DNA of 64,000 bases from Eledone cirrhosa (Eukaryota). Position numbers and translations under genes: made by a program. The notes below the pieces were generated by a model. That model was given only the letters and a program-made list of their open reading frames with translations, was not told where the DNA came from and searched no databases. Shown one piece after another: positions 1-12,750 of the stretch (the first letter of the stretch is position 1; every line of letters begins with the position of its first letter). The stretch is from NCBI GenBank assembly GCA_964016885.1, contig OZ024743.1, forward strand, positions 230,702,001-230,766,000. Reading direction: 5' to 3'.

Positions 1-460
1 CAAAGCAACAGCAAATACGGTGAGGAAACTACTTGGTGTAAAAGCGAGAGGAAACAATAGACAAGAAAGAGCAGAGCCTTGGTGGAAGAAACGACTGAGT
101 TGTCAAATCAGGGAAAAGAGAAATGACATTGGAAAGCTTGAGTCCCTACTGAATGGGACACTAAAAAACATAGACACTAAAAATAGACTGGAAATAAAGT
201 ACAAAACTAGGAGAAAAAAGCTAAATATTATCATAGAGGAAGTGAAGCAACGCATTGTAGCAAAGAGTGCAAAAATCAAGCGATACGAGAACAGAGTTTG
301 CCAGTATAGACAAAACCGCGTGTTCGACAACAACCAGAAGATGTTGTTTGGACAGCTTGAAGGGAAGGAAAGAGGCAACGACTTGATCCCTGAGGCGGAA
401 CAAACTAAAACATTCTGGAGGGGAATATGAGAGCAGGATGTTAAACATAATGACCAGGCA

Positions 461-1486
461 GTGTGGATTGAGACAGTACAGAATGAGATCAGTGAACAGG
501 CACGCCAACAAACTGATTTGAGTATCACAGTTGAAACTCTTAAGGGGCAGGCCAAAAAACTGACCAACTGGAAATCACCTGGCCCAGATGGTGTGCAGGG
601 GTATTGGATTACAAACATAACATCCCTCCACACGAAACTGACAACCATGTTCAATGACTGCTTGATGTCAGGTGAGGTGCCAGAGTGGTTGACAAAAGGT
701 ACCACAGTTCTGATAATGAAAGAACGAATCAAGGGTAATGATGTTACCAACTATAGACCTATCACATGTCTGTCCGTAATGTGGAAACTGTTGACAAGCA
801 TTATGTATGAGGAAATCTACCATCACCTCCACACAAACAACTTGTTACCGGACGAACAGAAAGGATGCCGAAAGAAGTCACGTGGTACAAAGGACCAGTT
901 ACTTATTGATAAGATGGTAATTAGAAATTGCAAGAGGAGACACACTGGTCTTGCTATGGGATGGATAGACTACAAAAAGGCATTTGACATGGTGCCTCAT
1001 TCTTGGATCACCAAAAGCCTGGAGATCTTCAAGGTGGCAGATAACATCAGGCAGTTGTTGGGCAAAAGTATGAAGTCCTGGGAAACAGAGTTAACATCAA
1101 CTGGAGAATCCTTGGGAAGCGTGAAGATCAAGAGAGGTATCTTCCAGGGAGATAGTCTGTTCTTTCTGTTGTTTGTCCTTGCCCTGATGCTCCTGACCAG
1201 TGTACTGCGAAAAGTAAGAGCAGGATACAGGATGGGAAAGGGAGGGCTTACCATCAATCACCTCATCATCATGGACGATCTTAAGCTCTTCGGGAAGAGT
1301 GAGAAGGAGTTGGATGTGGTTGTTGACACTGTCCGTATTTTCAGCAATGATATATGTATGCAATTTGATATTAGTAAGTGTGGGGTAATTGTAATGAGGA
1401 GGGGTAAGTTGAGCAGAAGTAACGGAATCCAGATACCAACAGGTGAGATGATAAAAGAAATTGACTCTGAAGAAGGATACAAGTAA
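461..1486 (+). pseudogene. Reverse transcriptase domain of Dong-like element, bounded by premature stops
   Basis: RT motifs as above; in-frame stops at 428-430 and 1484-1486. Confidence 0.88.
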
Positions 1487-1705
1487 TTGGGCGTTCTGGA
1501 GGCTGATGACATCAAGAACAAAAAATGAAGGAATTGATAAGAACTGAATACCTTCGGAGAGTAAGGAGCGTATTAAAGTCACATCTGAACAGTAGGAATG
1601 CCATAAGTGCAATAAATTCTCTACTTAAGGATATCTGAGGGTGGAAGAGGTCTTATCAGCATAGAGGACTGTGTTCAGATGGAGGAAAACAACCTACACA
1701 AATAA

Positions 1706-2569
1706 GTGACTTATAGTAAAGAGCTAATGCTCAGAGCTGTACTGAGGGAGGGGACAATAGGCCAGGGGATGTCCAAGCAGAAAATAACATCAAGGAGAAA
1801 GAGCGGCCTTCACGAAAAATCCCTTCATAGTACCTTCTTTGAGAAAACTGAATTTAGAGATCCACAGACATGGAACTGGTTGAAAAGAGGAGACCTTAAA
1901 AAGGCTACAGAAGGAATGTTAATGGCTGCGCAGGAGCAGGCCCTCAAAACGAAGTGTTTGAAACACCACATTTACAAGGAGGAGGCTAGCCCACTGTGCA
2001 AGATCTGTGGAGAGAGAGAGGAGACTGTGGCTCACATTGTATCCGAGTGTAAACACCTAGCCCAGACTCACTATAAGGGCTGGAGACATGATGTGATGGG
2101 CAAGGTGATCCACTGGCACCTATGCAAAGTAAACAATTTACCACATTCTGAGAAGTGGTATGAGCATAAGCCAGAGGCAGTGATAGAAAACGATCAGGTG
2201 AAGGTGCTGTGGGATTTTATGATACAGACGGACAAGAAACTGGAACACAATAGACCTGACCTGGTGGTTTTGGACAAAGAAAAAATATCGTGCCTGATTG
2301 TGGATGTGGCCTGCCCATTCGACCCGAGAGTGCAAGAGAAGGAGAGGGAGAAAATTATCCGATACCAGGACTTAAAGTGGGAGGTAAAAAGGATTTGGAA
2401 CTCCCATGAAGTCAAAGTGATCCCGATTGTCATAGGCGCACTAGGGACTATCTCAAAAAGTTTCCAGGGATGGTTAAAGAAAATTGGCCCCTTCACGCTT
2501 TTTGGAACGCTTCAAGAGGCATGCTTGCTGGGAACAGCAAGAACCCTCCGTAACGTCCTGAATATCTGA
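1706..2569 (+). pseudogene. Zn-knuckle and restriction-like endonuclease C-terminus of Dong-like element
   Basis: AAQEQAL, CKICG..ETVAHIVSEC, RHD, NRPDLVV, VDVACPFD, PIVIGALG motifs. Confidence 0.88.
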
Positions 2570-2686
2570 GGCTGCAGGTAGTGGCTTGATATTCATCTCA
2601 AGAAACTTTCCAGTTAACTAACATCAATGACTGAGACTCAAAGAGTAATAACAATAATAATAATAATAATAATAATAAAAATAATA

Positions 2687-3013
2687 AGTTAACTTTGCCT
2701 TTCGTCCTTACGGGGTCGATAAAATAAAGCACCAGTAATGCACTTGGGTAATTGCTGTCCTTGTGCCAAAAGTAGAAACAATTATAAAATATTTCATTCA
2801 AGGGCGGTGGATTGGAAGTATGGGTGGAGGATCGGACGCCATGCTTTCCAGCATAGAGTTATGTCCCTTTATGCAATTACGCCCCTTTACGATCTGACTT
2901 CAAATCCCGCCGGGGTTAACTTTGTCTTTCATCCTTACGGGGTCGATAACATAAAGTACCAGTAATGCACTGGGATAATTGCTGGCATTGTGCCAAAAAT
3001 AGAAACAATTATT
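2687..3013 (+). mobile_element. Two copies of the window's major tRNA-derived SINE (3' half 2687-2790; near full 2802-3013)
   Basis: Shared body GTTAACTTTGCCTTTCATCCTTACGGGGTCGATAAAATAAAGTACCAGT, degenerate A/B boxes, tail CCTTGTGCCAAA..AGAAACAATTATT. Confidence 0.85.
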
Positions 3014-3540
3014 AAATGTTTCGTTGGGCAATTAGCCAACAGATAATTAAAACACTAATTTTTATTAACTTTTCTTTTGCTATCTTCATCGTCGGTATTG
3101 CTGTTTCTGTTATTGATGATTGTATTTGGGGAGGGGGATTGTTGTTATGAAAATTTCGTTTCCTACAATGTTTGGCAATATCTAAGTTGTAATATAAAAC
3201 AAACTACATATACCGATGCCAAAATATATAAAATATAAAATAAAATAAGTAAGGTGGAACGTACATATACAGAAAAAAACCCAGCGCATTGGTAAAGTTG
3301 TTTTAAAGCAGATCATTAACGATATATGTGATTGTAAAACATCAACAAGAAAAGAAAAAAGCAGCAATGTGTAGGTGTGTGTGAAAGAGAGAGAGAGGGA
3401 GAGAGAGAGAATGCGTGTGTGTGAGAGAGAGAGAGTGCGAGAGACAGCGTATATGTGTGTGAGTGTGAGTGTTCGACCTCTACACGTTCCAATTAGTAGG
3501 AGAGTTGAAGCTGTTTGATCAACGGAACAGATAGCTAAGG

Positions 3541-4927
3541 AATAATAATAATAATAATGATTTCTTTATTGGCCACAAGGGCTGACATGAAGAAAAACAT
3601 TACAGATAGCACAGGACGGTACAGGACGGTACGATCTGGGTTGTGTGCATGTAAAGATTTTTAATTTGTATTATTTATATAAGAAACGAAAACGAAAAAA
3701 AACATAGAAACATATATATATAAACAATAAAAATGAAAATTAAACAATGAAGAATTCCCCAATAGCCGGGAAACCTCCGAGGGTTACTCGTGGCGAAAAC
3801 CACACAAAAGACCACGGCCACCCTGACCACCAGGGCAAGCGCCCTCTCTCAATTTTTCCATTTCTCAAACTACCGGGTTATATTCAGAGCGGTCCCATTC
3901 ACTCAGACCATTCTCGTTACATTCACCCACCTTTCGACAAACTTGCTAGAAGTCAGCACTTGCCTCTCCACCCTGTTTTTCCTCTTCAAGTGAAACTTGA
4001 AAAAGTTAATTAGGGATTCGCCGAAGGGGAAAGTGTTTGTCTTTAACCCTTTCAACCTTGTCCACCACACAATCTCTTTCGCCATTGCCACCAGGCAGAT
4101 GAAATCCACCGGCCCTTCCTCCTCGAAGAAAGACGGCGAGACCATCTGCACAATGGACTCAGTCGATAACCGGATCGATCCTACACGCGACAGAAACTGT
4201 TCGACATAGCTCCACAAGTCAGCAATGCTCGGGCACTGAACGAGTGCGTACACCATGGTTTCGTCTCTATGCGCGCATCTCGGACAGGCTCGGCTGACGG
4301 CACTTCCGTGCCTGTAGAGCTTATCTCGAATCGGCAAAGCTCCCCGATAGCACTGCCAGGCCAGGGATTTCTGGAAGTTATCCATAGGCCCTGGGCTGAA
4401 AGTTCTCCGGAAGAGAGCAAACAGCTGATTTTCTTCGACGCCCAGGATCTCTCAGAGAACGTCGTCGCTCTTCCCCTCCACTAGTCCTCTATAGAACGCC
4501 GAGGTGGATGTTCCACCGGTACTGGTGCCCATCTGGCAGAGGGCAGTGAGAGCCTGGAGTCATTCCAGTTTCCAAGCGCTATCCTTCGGTCTTTTCCTGA
4601 CCTAGGACTGCAGTTCCGTCAGGGAGACGAGCTGTGGGAAAATGTGCCTGGCGAACGGGACCACATCTGTTCACCGTCAAGGAAGCACCAGAGGTGTCGC
4701 AGCCTAAGCGCAAGTTTGCGCATCATCAGCCATGCCATGGACAGTCCTCCACGCAACGGGTGTTGACAGCAGATGGATCGTTGGACAATAGGAGCGGGTC
4801 CCTTCCACAAAAAGCGGAAGAGGCGGCGCTCCATTTTGGTGAGAGTTGGGCCGGGGCAAGAGAAAACGGTGGGGCGGTAGCAAATGACGGATGCGATGTA
4901 TGCATTCGCCACCTCCGCCTGGCCTTT
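3541..4927 (-). mobile_element. 5'-truncated Tx1/L1-clade LINE, subfamily B: ORF2 C-terminus, 3' UTR, AATAAA and (TTA)n tail
   Basis: ORF 3903-4385 (AWQCYRGALP..CPRC..ET..AL.QC, zf-RVT-like). Nucleotide match to 40430-40969. The minus strand ends CCCTTGTGGCCAATAAAGAAATCATTATTATT. Confidence 0.88.
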
Positions 4928-5377
4928 CATTGTCACTACTTTAAAACAATAACGTAAGGTCTTCTAAATGCTTTTTGTTACGCATACAGTGTATTTTAAA
5001 ATACACTATATATACATTCATATATATATCGCTATTTCAGAGGACCAATTCTAATTTTCAATTTTTGCTGGACCGGCAACAACTTTGTATAATCAGTTCC
5101 TGATTATTACTGGAATTCTATAAAATCCAATATTCATAATTTTCAGCGAGCAGGAGGAGTGCTGAGCTTTGATAAGTACCAACAAGCCCGAAACAGAGAT
5201 CTGTAAGCTTATCTCCCCTTTGATTGCTGAAAATTGAAGTAAGTGACATTGTCACTACTAAAAGAAAATAGCGTAAGGTCTTCAAAATGCATTTACTTAA
5301 GCATAGAGTGTATTGCAAAATACACTATATATATAAATTCATATATATATCGCTATTTCAGAGCACCAATTCTAATT
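4928..5377. repeat. Partial tandem repeat (~130-bp direct repeat, period ~319 bp) enclosing a degenerate hammerhead-like motif at ~5164-5210
   Basis: CATTGTCACTACT...CCAATTCTAATT occurs at 4928-5057 and 5247-5377. Between them: GAGCT-TTGATAA...GAAAC-AGAGATCT-GTA-AGCTT. Confidence 0.6.
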
Positions 5378-5497
5378 ATATATATATATATATATATGAT
5401 AGTAGAACACTGGTGGGTTATATCCGTAGTAGTAGAGCATTCAGTCGATGGGACGAGTTTGGTAGAAGTAGTTCCACAACAGTTAGTTCACCATTAC

Positions 5498-5536
5498 CGA
5501 GAACAATTGTTTCACTTTATTCGGATCATCAGCTCG
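5498..5536 (-). ncRNA. Minimal type-I hammerhead ribozyme
   Basis: Minus strand: CGAG-CTGATGA-tccgaataaagt-GAAAC-AATT-GTT-CTCG. Stem I is CGAG/CTCG; stem III is the palindrome ACAATTGT. Confidence 0.65.
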
Positions 5537-5543
5537 GTCTCAT

Positions 5544-5582
5544 CGAGCTGATGATCAGAATAAGGTGAAACAATTCTTCTCG
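5544..5582 (+). ncRNA. Minimal type-I hammerhead ribozyme (stem III mutated)
   Basis: CGAG-CTGATGA-tcagaataaggt-GAAAC-AATT-CTT-CTCG. Confidence 0.55.
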
Positions 5583-5825
5583 ATGATGGTGAACTTACTG
5601 TTGTGGAACTACTTCTATATATATATTGAAGGTATGTGTTCCTACATGTAATTAATACACGTAGGGACAAAATTATAGTCCGACCGTATGCCAATGTGGT
5701 TCAATGGCAAATAAATAAATTAACAAGCCAGAACATATAAAATCAGGGAGTATAAATACAGAAACTATCCTAAAAAATATATAAAAAATATTGATTCCAA
5801 AAAATTCACTGTACTTACTACATGT

Positions 5826-5906
5826 GCCCTTACCGCGGTTTCAGAATCTCCAAAAATAGATAATCCAAGCGGGTAACCATTGAGAAAGATATCCTCGTCA
5901 GAAGGC
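5826..5906 (-). ncRNA. Type-I hammerhead ribozyme with extended stem II
   Basis: Minus strand: GCCTT-CTGACGA-ggatatctt...ggagattct-GAAAC-CGCG-GTA-AGGGC. Stem III is the palindrome ACCGCGGT; GUA cleavage triplet. Confidence 0.65.
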
Positions 5907-6073
5907 TTTTCTCTCTCGGAGAATATAACATTCCCGAGTTCAAATTACAAACTGGCGCCATACAAAACTGCTTCATAATGAGAATAAATGAATGATGAGA
6001 GAGAGAGAGACACACACACACACACACACACGCCCCCCCCCCCCACACACACACATACACACACATATACACA

Positions 6074-6140
<67 letters not shown>

Positions 6141-6689
6141 GCCAGCTAGAGAGAAAGTCTGAATGGATACTTTCTTTCATCGGCCTCGACAAGATGATGG
6201 GTAAATGTAATTTTTATGAGTTTTGAATTTCTATCGCAAATATTCTATCCGACGTTCTAACAATTCTGCAATTTCGCTGTATTCATTCTTTCATGGATAC
6301 CACAACGTGAATATTCTCTGTGCATTTTATAATTGTATTCTTCTCGTATCAAATAGTCTGATATCATCTTCTCCCCACTCTTCACTTTGTTTGATATCCG
6401 ATATAAGATATCTCTTAAGTTTCATATCAGATCATTTTTCGTTATTTGAAACGAAATATTTACATTATTAAAGGAACGTGGCTTATTGGATGGCGAGTCC
6501 GGCCAGTTATCGTAAATTCATTCGTTTGGTTACTATCGGTCCATTAGGTACCCGAGAAAGACACTTTATTTCACGTTACTCCACACCAATCAGATGACAG
6601 AAAGGAGTTTTATCAGTAAATCAATGAGTCAATTTTGTCACACATTCCACTTTTTGCATTAACTTTGGCTTACAGCTGCATATATATGT

Positions 6690-6890
6690 TTATAGCTTCA
6701 TGCAACGCTGTATACAAATATGTATTGGAATTTTGTGTTCTCGCCTGTTTTCAAGTCCAGCATTCGCACGAGAGGGAGGGATCGTCCTGATGGGACCAGT
6801 TAAGTTCGAAATACATTGATGATTGTCCTCCTTGCTTCTGCTGAACACCACCAGAGGGCTAATTCCGGTGTTATGCATAGTTACGGCTTT
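6690..6890 (-). CDS. Tentative terminal coding exon of an unidentified host gene (minus-strand model)
   Basis: cacatttAG acceptor, phase 0, open to a stop (KAVTMHNTGISPLVVFSRSKEDNHQCISNLTGP...CIQRCMKL*). Unique non-repeat island; phase-compatible with exon 11595-11758. Confidence 0.3.
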   Translation of the reverse strand, partial: KAVTMHNTGISPLVVFSRSKEDNHQCISNLTGPIRTIPPSRANAGLENRREHKIPIHICIQRCMKL

Positions 6891-6998
6891 CTAAATGTGT
6901 ATCTATAAACATACCTTATTTTTTTAGAAATACGAAATTTCAATACATATCTGTATAAGCTATGAATGAAGCTAAATCCTAATGTTAGTATATATATG

Positions 6999-7091
<93 letters not shown>

Positions 7092-7270
7092 GGGGGGTGG
7101 GGAAGATATAACATCAATATTTCATCTGTTGAGCATACTGGACGTTTCTGTTAAGATCGTCTAGTTTCCTGAAACATTTGTTAATGGAATAATTATGTTG
7201 CTTGTTTATTATTATGTAATTAAATAGCCCTTCTTTATTTTTCCGTTTCTAAAGAAATACATCAAAACAC

Positions 7271-7345
<75 letters not shown>

Positions 7346-7354
7346 TATACATAT

Positions 7355-7392
<38 letters not shown>

Positions 7393-7395
<3 letters not shown>

Positions 7396-7526
7396 AGTTG
7401 TAATAAAATGAAAGCGAAATTTCATTTCTCACTCTTATGTCGGCACTTACTTAAATGTAAGTATGCATATATACGTACATACATATATGTATACAGACGT
7501 ACAGTAGCGTGCATATATATATATAT

Positions 7527-7613
<87 letters not shown>

Positions 7614-7941
7614 TACAGGTACACATACATATATGTACGTATCAGTTTAGCGGACGCTTATTATAACGCCGCTTTGTTCGTTTGTAAACAAACTGAACAG
7701 CCTGAATTTATGCCGTACGGTGTTATGGCAACCACGTCACCTTTTTGTTCAACACTGACACAGGAACGATGTACTAGTTTCAAGTTTGTTAGCTATCATC
7801 AGCACCGTATACGCTTCTGCCAGATGGTTGAACGTTCGAAAGTAGATACTTTCCTAATGAAAATTAACGGCTGAGCAGCCTAATTTCTATATCGAGTGAG
7901 TTAAATCGGTCAGGCGTACCGAAAACGATAAGTTGTAATAA
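7393..7941 (-). mobile_element. ORF-less hammerhead-bearing unit (retrozyme/Penelope pLTR-like), copy 1, 535-bp period with 14-bp terminal redundancy
   Basis: ATAAGTTGTAATAA at 7393-7406 and 7928-7941. Inverted and circularly permuted relative to 9257-9871. Internal (TA)n. Confidence 0.8.
7766..7808 (-). ncRNA. Minimal type-I hammerhead ribozyme
   Basis: Minus strand: ACGGTG-CTGATGA-tagctaacaaactt-GAAAC-TA-GTA-CATCGT. Confidence 0.8.
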
Positions 7942-8315
7942 GGGTTGATTTCTGTGGTTGATTTGCGGGGCATACTGTGTTTTATTTTAATATTTTTTTA
8001 TTTTTAATATTGTTATTGATATATTGATATCTGTTGTCTATTTATGCTTGAACGATAATCATGTAGAGTAAAGACAAGAATAGTATTGTTAAAATTAATG
8101 TAGATTCTATATATATTTGTGTGTATGTACACATATATGTATACTAGAATTTTTATAGCACTATTAGAATGTTTTCATGTGAAATAGGAATTTGCAGAGT
8201 TGATCACGTAAATTCACATGGATGTCTATAGTATCGAATCTGGGATAACCTTCTATTTTCTTTTTCTTTTTTCATGAAAGTGCATATATACTTATGTATT
8301 TCAATTTTTTTTGAA

Positions 8316-8394
8316 GTTTTTTATCTCAGATTTTTTATCTCAGTTTTTTATCTCAGTTTTTTTATCTCAGTTTTTTATCTCAGTTTTAACTCAG
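8316..8394. repeat. Short tandem repeat of ~13-bp unit TTTTTTATCTCAG (about 6 copies)
   Basis: Read directly from the sequence. Confidence 0.85.
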
Positions 8395-8775
8395 TTCTGA
8401 TTATAAACCTAGGAATTTTAAACTAGACATATGATCATTATTTTTCACACATTATTGATACGTGTCTCATTCATGAATACTGATATTTACATTATAATAC
8501 CTAATTCATACGAATTGATATTTTTAGATTGATGAAACATAATGTTTTAAATCTGCCTCGTTTATCTCTGGATATTTTTCTTTTCTCTCTATGTAACGGC
8601 TGTTTTCTCTCCTAACCACATATATCTCTCTCTACCTTAATACTAGAACTAAATAAATAAATAAATAAATAAATATATCATTGATACGTCATTCAACTGG
8701 TGCCCAACTACCTATTTTCTTTCTCTCTATCTCTATCTATATCTCTCTCTCTCTATTTTTTTTCTCTCTCTCTCT

Positions 8776-8810
<35 letters not shown>

Positions 8811-9060
8811 CTGTGTTTTTTTCTCTCTCTATCTATCTCTCTCTGTTTTTTCTTTACATGAATTTCTTCTCTCTATCTATCTCTCTATATCTATCTCTCT
8901 CTGTTTTTCGTTGCATGCATTTCTTCTTTTTCTTCGCTTTCTTTCTTTCTTTCTTTTTATAACTGTCCCTAACATTTTTCACTACCAAATCAACTTTTTA
9001 AATGGAAGTTGAAGTTGTAAGGTATGTCAAATCTATCTATTTATAAGACTGTTTATATTG

Positions 9061-9126
9061 TATTTTGTCTGATGAAGGCATACCATATTTTTAATATGAT
9101 ATCCCTGAAATATATATAATGAAATA
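9061..9126 (+). ncRNA. Type-I hammerhead ribozyme (AUA triplet), same family as 46922-46983
   Basis: TATTTTGT-CTGATGA-aggcataccatatt/aatatgatatccct-GAAAT-ATAT-ATA-ATGAAATA. About 40 nt downstream are identical to 46980-47023. Confidence 0.65.
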
Positions 9127-9256
9127 AATATGGTTTTATAAATATAGTTTCCATTTATTTAATATCGTAAATATACTCCAAATACTTGTTGAGTGCTTTT
9201 ATATCAGTTATAACTATTTACTCGTTGTAACCCAACAATTTAAATAAAACTTTGCA

Positions 9257-9266
9257 TATATATATA

Positions 9267-9298
<32 letters not shown>

Positions 9299-9731
9299 CA
9301 TGCTACTGTACGTCTGTATACATATATGTATGTACGTATATATGCATACTTACATTTAAGTAAGTGCGGTACTAAGAGTGAGAAATGAAATTTCGTTATC
9401 ATTTTATTACAACTTATCGTTTTCGGTACGCCTGACCGATTTAACTCACTCGATATGCAAATTAGGCTGCTCAGCCGTTAATTTTCATAAGGAAAGTATA
9501 TACTTTCGAACGTTCAATCATCTGGCAGAAGGGTATACGGTGCTGATGATAGCTAACAAGCTTGAAACTAGTACATCGTTCCTGTGTCAGTGTTGAAAAA
9601 AAAGGTGACGTGGTTGCCTTAACACCGTACGGCATAAATTCAGGCTATTCAGTTTGTTTACAAACGAACAAAGCGGCGTTATAATAAGCGACCGCTAAAC
9701 TGATACGTACATATATGTATGTGTACCTGTA

Positions 9732-9798
<67 letters not shown>

Positions 9799-9871
9799 AT
9801 ATATATATATATATATGCATGCTACTGTACGTCTGTATACATATATGTATGTACGTATATATGCATACTTA
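9257..9871 (+). mobile_element. ORF-less hammerhead-bearing unit, copy 2 (~519-bp period, >50-bp terminal redundancy, different permutation from copy 1)
   Basis: CATGCTACTGTACGTCTG...GCATACTTA at 9299-9352 and 9818-9871. The body is the reverse complement of 7393-7941. Confidence 0.8.
9537..9579 (+). ncRNA. Minimal type-I hammerhead ribozyme
   Basis: ACGGTG-CTGATGA-T-AGC-taacaa-GCT-T-GAAAC-TA-GTA-CATCGT. All core nucleotides present; stem III is the palindrome ACTAGT. Confidence 0.85.
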
Positions 9872-9933
9872 TATGTATATATATATATACACATATATAT
9901 ATATACACATATATACACATATATATATATGTG

Positions 9934-9966
<33 letters not shown>

Positions 9967-10137
9967 GTGTGTGTGTATATATGTATGTGTGTGTCTATAT
10001 ATATATATATATATAGAGATCTGTTGAATATGCATGCCAATTCTAACACATATATATCCTAGAAACGATCGTTAAATGATGAACTTTTTTTGTTTAATAT
10101 AAGGAACTGTTTCATTGTTTTATTCATTATTTTTTTA

Positions 10138-10307
<170 letters not shown>

Positions 10308-10310
10308 TAC

Positions 10311-10544
10311 AAATTGAAGGATAGGTATCTTGAACTGTATTTTATCATGAGTTATGGCTCTATTGATTTGTCCCTGGATTTCACTAAATTCTGTGGATGA
10401 ATTTATATCCTGATTCTCTTTAGGATGAGTTTAAATTATTTTTCCCACATCTTACGTTAACTATTTTTCCCATTTTGACGCTATAGTCACTTATATACTA
10501 TGGGATGCTGTTCGCTTTTCGCTGCAGTGTTTTCTATACCTTTC

Positions 10545-10548
<4 letters not shown>
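10311..10548. repeat. Diverged fragment of the repeat family seen at 17894-18852
   Basis: AAATTGAAGGATA...TTCTGTGGATGAATTTATATCCTGATTCTCTTT...TCATTTAT matches 17978-18220 and 18611-18850; embedded in (TA)n. Confidence 0.8.
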
Positions 10549-10607
<59 letters not shown>

Positions 10608-10681
10608 CACACACATATATATATATATGTATATATATATATACACATATATATATATATATATACACATATATATATATA

Positions 10682-10733
<52 letters not shown>

Positions 10734-11162
10734 CATGCATGCATATATCCCGATAAGAATGGAATGTGAATTATAAGAGAGTTCAGGTATCCACACTTCT
10801 CACTCTTACACGAACATTCAATTAGTTCCCCCAAAATCTCTCCTCCGTTTCCATATTACCATTATTTTGTATGAAAAAAATATATATTCAAATCAATTTG
10901 AAGTCGTTTCTTGCACGGATTCTTAGCGTCATTGAGTGGCACCGGACATTATTATGAATTGCATCGGTGTAATCTCAGTGAATCTATAAAGGAAATAAAA
11001 CTAACATCAGAAAACAGGATATGTGTGTATTATGTATCAATCCATGTCTACATATGCGTGTACAAATATATACATATACTTATGTATACATGTATATTCT
11101 TGTGCCTATATATATGATTATATTATCATGTGCTGACTCATATGCACACACACTCACACACG

Positions 11163-11294
<132 letters not shown>

Positions 11295-11445
11295 TATGTA
11301 CACGCATACATATATATATGTATATATATACATATATATATATATGCAAATGCACACACACACACGTATATATATATACAAGTGTGTGTGTGTCTGCATA
11401 TATATATATATATATATATATTATATACAATTAAATAAAGATATA

Positions 11446-11481
<36 letters not shown>

Positions 11482-11594
11482 AGTATGTATATATATATAT
11501 GTGTGTGTGTGTGTGTATGTGTGTATGTCTGTGTGTATGTGTGTGTGTGTGTGTATGTGTCTGTATGCATGTGGAAAGAAAAAGAAAGATTTAC

Positions 11595-11758
11595 GTTTGT
11601 ATGTTGCTTTATGAAGAGCTGATGAAAGGATTGACAAAGCAAGAACGAAGTGGTTGTTCTTCCGTCTGAGATGATATGTTCACAGTAGATCTTACTAACT
11701 GAAATGTTGTATTCAGGCATTATTGAAGCATTCAAAGAGAAATACCTAACATTATTTC
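11595..11758 (-). CDS. Tentative internal coding exon of minus-strand host gene
   Basis: cataAG acceptor (phase 1) to AAC/GTAAAT donor (phase 0); [23 protein letters not shown]...FIKQHTN. Aligns without gaps to plus-strand exon 48730-48887. Confidence 0.35.
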
Positions 11759-11767
11759 CTTATGTAA

Positions 11768-11964
11768 GGTGGTGGATTGGCAGTATCGGTAGAGGGTTGG
11801 ACGCCATCCTTTGACGCATAGAGTTACGGCCCTTGCTATTCTGAGTTCAATTCCCGCCGAGGTTAACTTTGCCTTAACTTTCGCCCTTACGGGGTCGATA
11901 AAATGAAGTACCAGTAATGCACTGCTAATTCCTGGCCTTGTGCCAAAAAGTAGAAACAATTATT
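11768..11964 (+). mobile_element. Full-length major tRNA-derived SINE
   Basis: A-box-like TGGCAGTATCGG, B-box-like GAGTTCAATTCC, shared body and tail. Confidence 0.88.
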
Positions 11965-12062
11965 TCCTTATATGTACATAGAATAATGGGCACAAACTCT
12001 GAATTATATAAACGTACACGCACAGTCACGCGTATCACTCTCTCTCTCTCATATATATATAG

Positions 12063-12103
<41 letters not shown>

Positions 12104-12204
12104 ATTGAGGTTGGTAATGGCACATGGAATATATAAGAGACAGAATACTTTTTTGTGAAAAAACATATAATTTTATAAGGTAAGGAAATAAGAAAGGGTA
12201 TAAA

Positions 12205-12250
12205 AAATGACCGGTTTCGATGGGTCTGCAAAAGCCATCTTTTCAAATGT
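12205..12250 (-). ncRNA. Degenerate hammerhead ribozyme
   Basis: Minus strand: TTGAAAA (decayed CTGAAGA)-GATGG..CCATC-GAAAC-CG-GTC. Stem II is perfect; core and stem I are mutated. Confidence 0.4.
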
Positions 12251-12587
12251 TGATTAATATTAAGAAAAATTAATAATAAGAAGAGTTAAAATTTGAGATT
12301 TGAAAATTCAAGTATAGAATTCATCGTGGGATTTCATAGTAGTTTTCATCTTGGTAGCAACTCGTTGACTGCTTCTGGTTGTGAATGAGAAGTTATTTGG
12401 GGTGTGGGTTATTTTATAAAGGTCAAATTTAGCAATGGCCAGAAGGCCAGCTGCTGGTCAGTGAGGAGGTGGAAGCAATATACATACATATATCTTCCTG
12501 TGCTCGGTAGGAGAGGGGAGATTGATAGAAAGGGATTTAGTGCACTTACACCTATATATACACACATACCTTCATCCACACATACAT

Positions 12588-12642
<55 letters not shown>

Positions 12643-12711
12643 CACACATACATACACACACACATACATATACATACACACATACACACACACACATATA
12701 TGCACATACAC

Positions 12712-12750
<39 letters not shown>

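Larger units (their letters stand above)
1..2686 (+). mobile_element. R4/Dong-clade non-LTR retrotransposon (RT + restriction-like endonuclease), decayed, 5' end outside window, ends in (TAA)n
   Basis: ORF pieces 20-430, 461-1486 and 1706-2569 carry RT motifs (WKSPGPDG, YRPITCL, IDYKKAFDMVPH, GIFQGDSL, MDDLKL), then CxxC..H..C (CKICGEREETVAHIVSEC), RHD and PDLVV..IVDVACPFD..EK..RY endonuclease motifs. A short 3' UTR is followed by (TAA)n at ~2647-2686. Confidence 0.9.
5463..5617. repeat. Fold-back palindrome (~74-bp arms, 7-nt spacer); each arm holds a hammerhead
   Basis: TAGAAGTAGTTCCACAACAG...ATCATCAGCTCG gtctcat CGAGCTGATGAT...CTGTTGTGGAACTACTTCTA, near (TA)n on both sides. Confidence 0.9.

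Noticed and set aside
11615-11650. CTGATGA motif as a hammerhead (similar cases at 15953, 18520, 19573, 63142)
   Set aside because: No correctly placed stem II, GAAAN and NUH with closing stem I.
11768-11860. tRNA gene suggested by A/B boxes
   Set aside because: No cloverleaf; it is the head of a multi-copy SINE.
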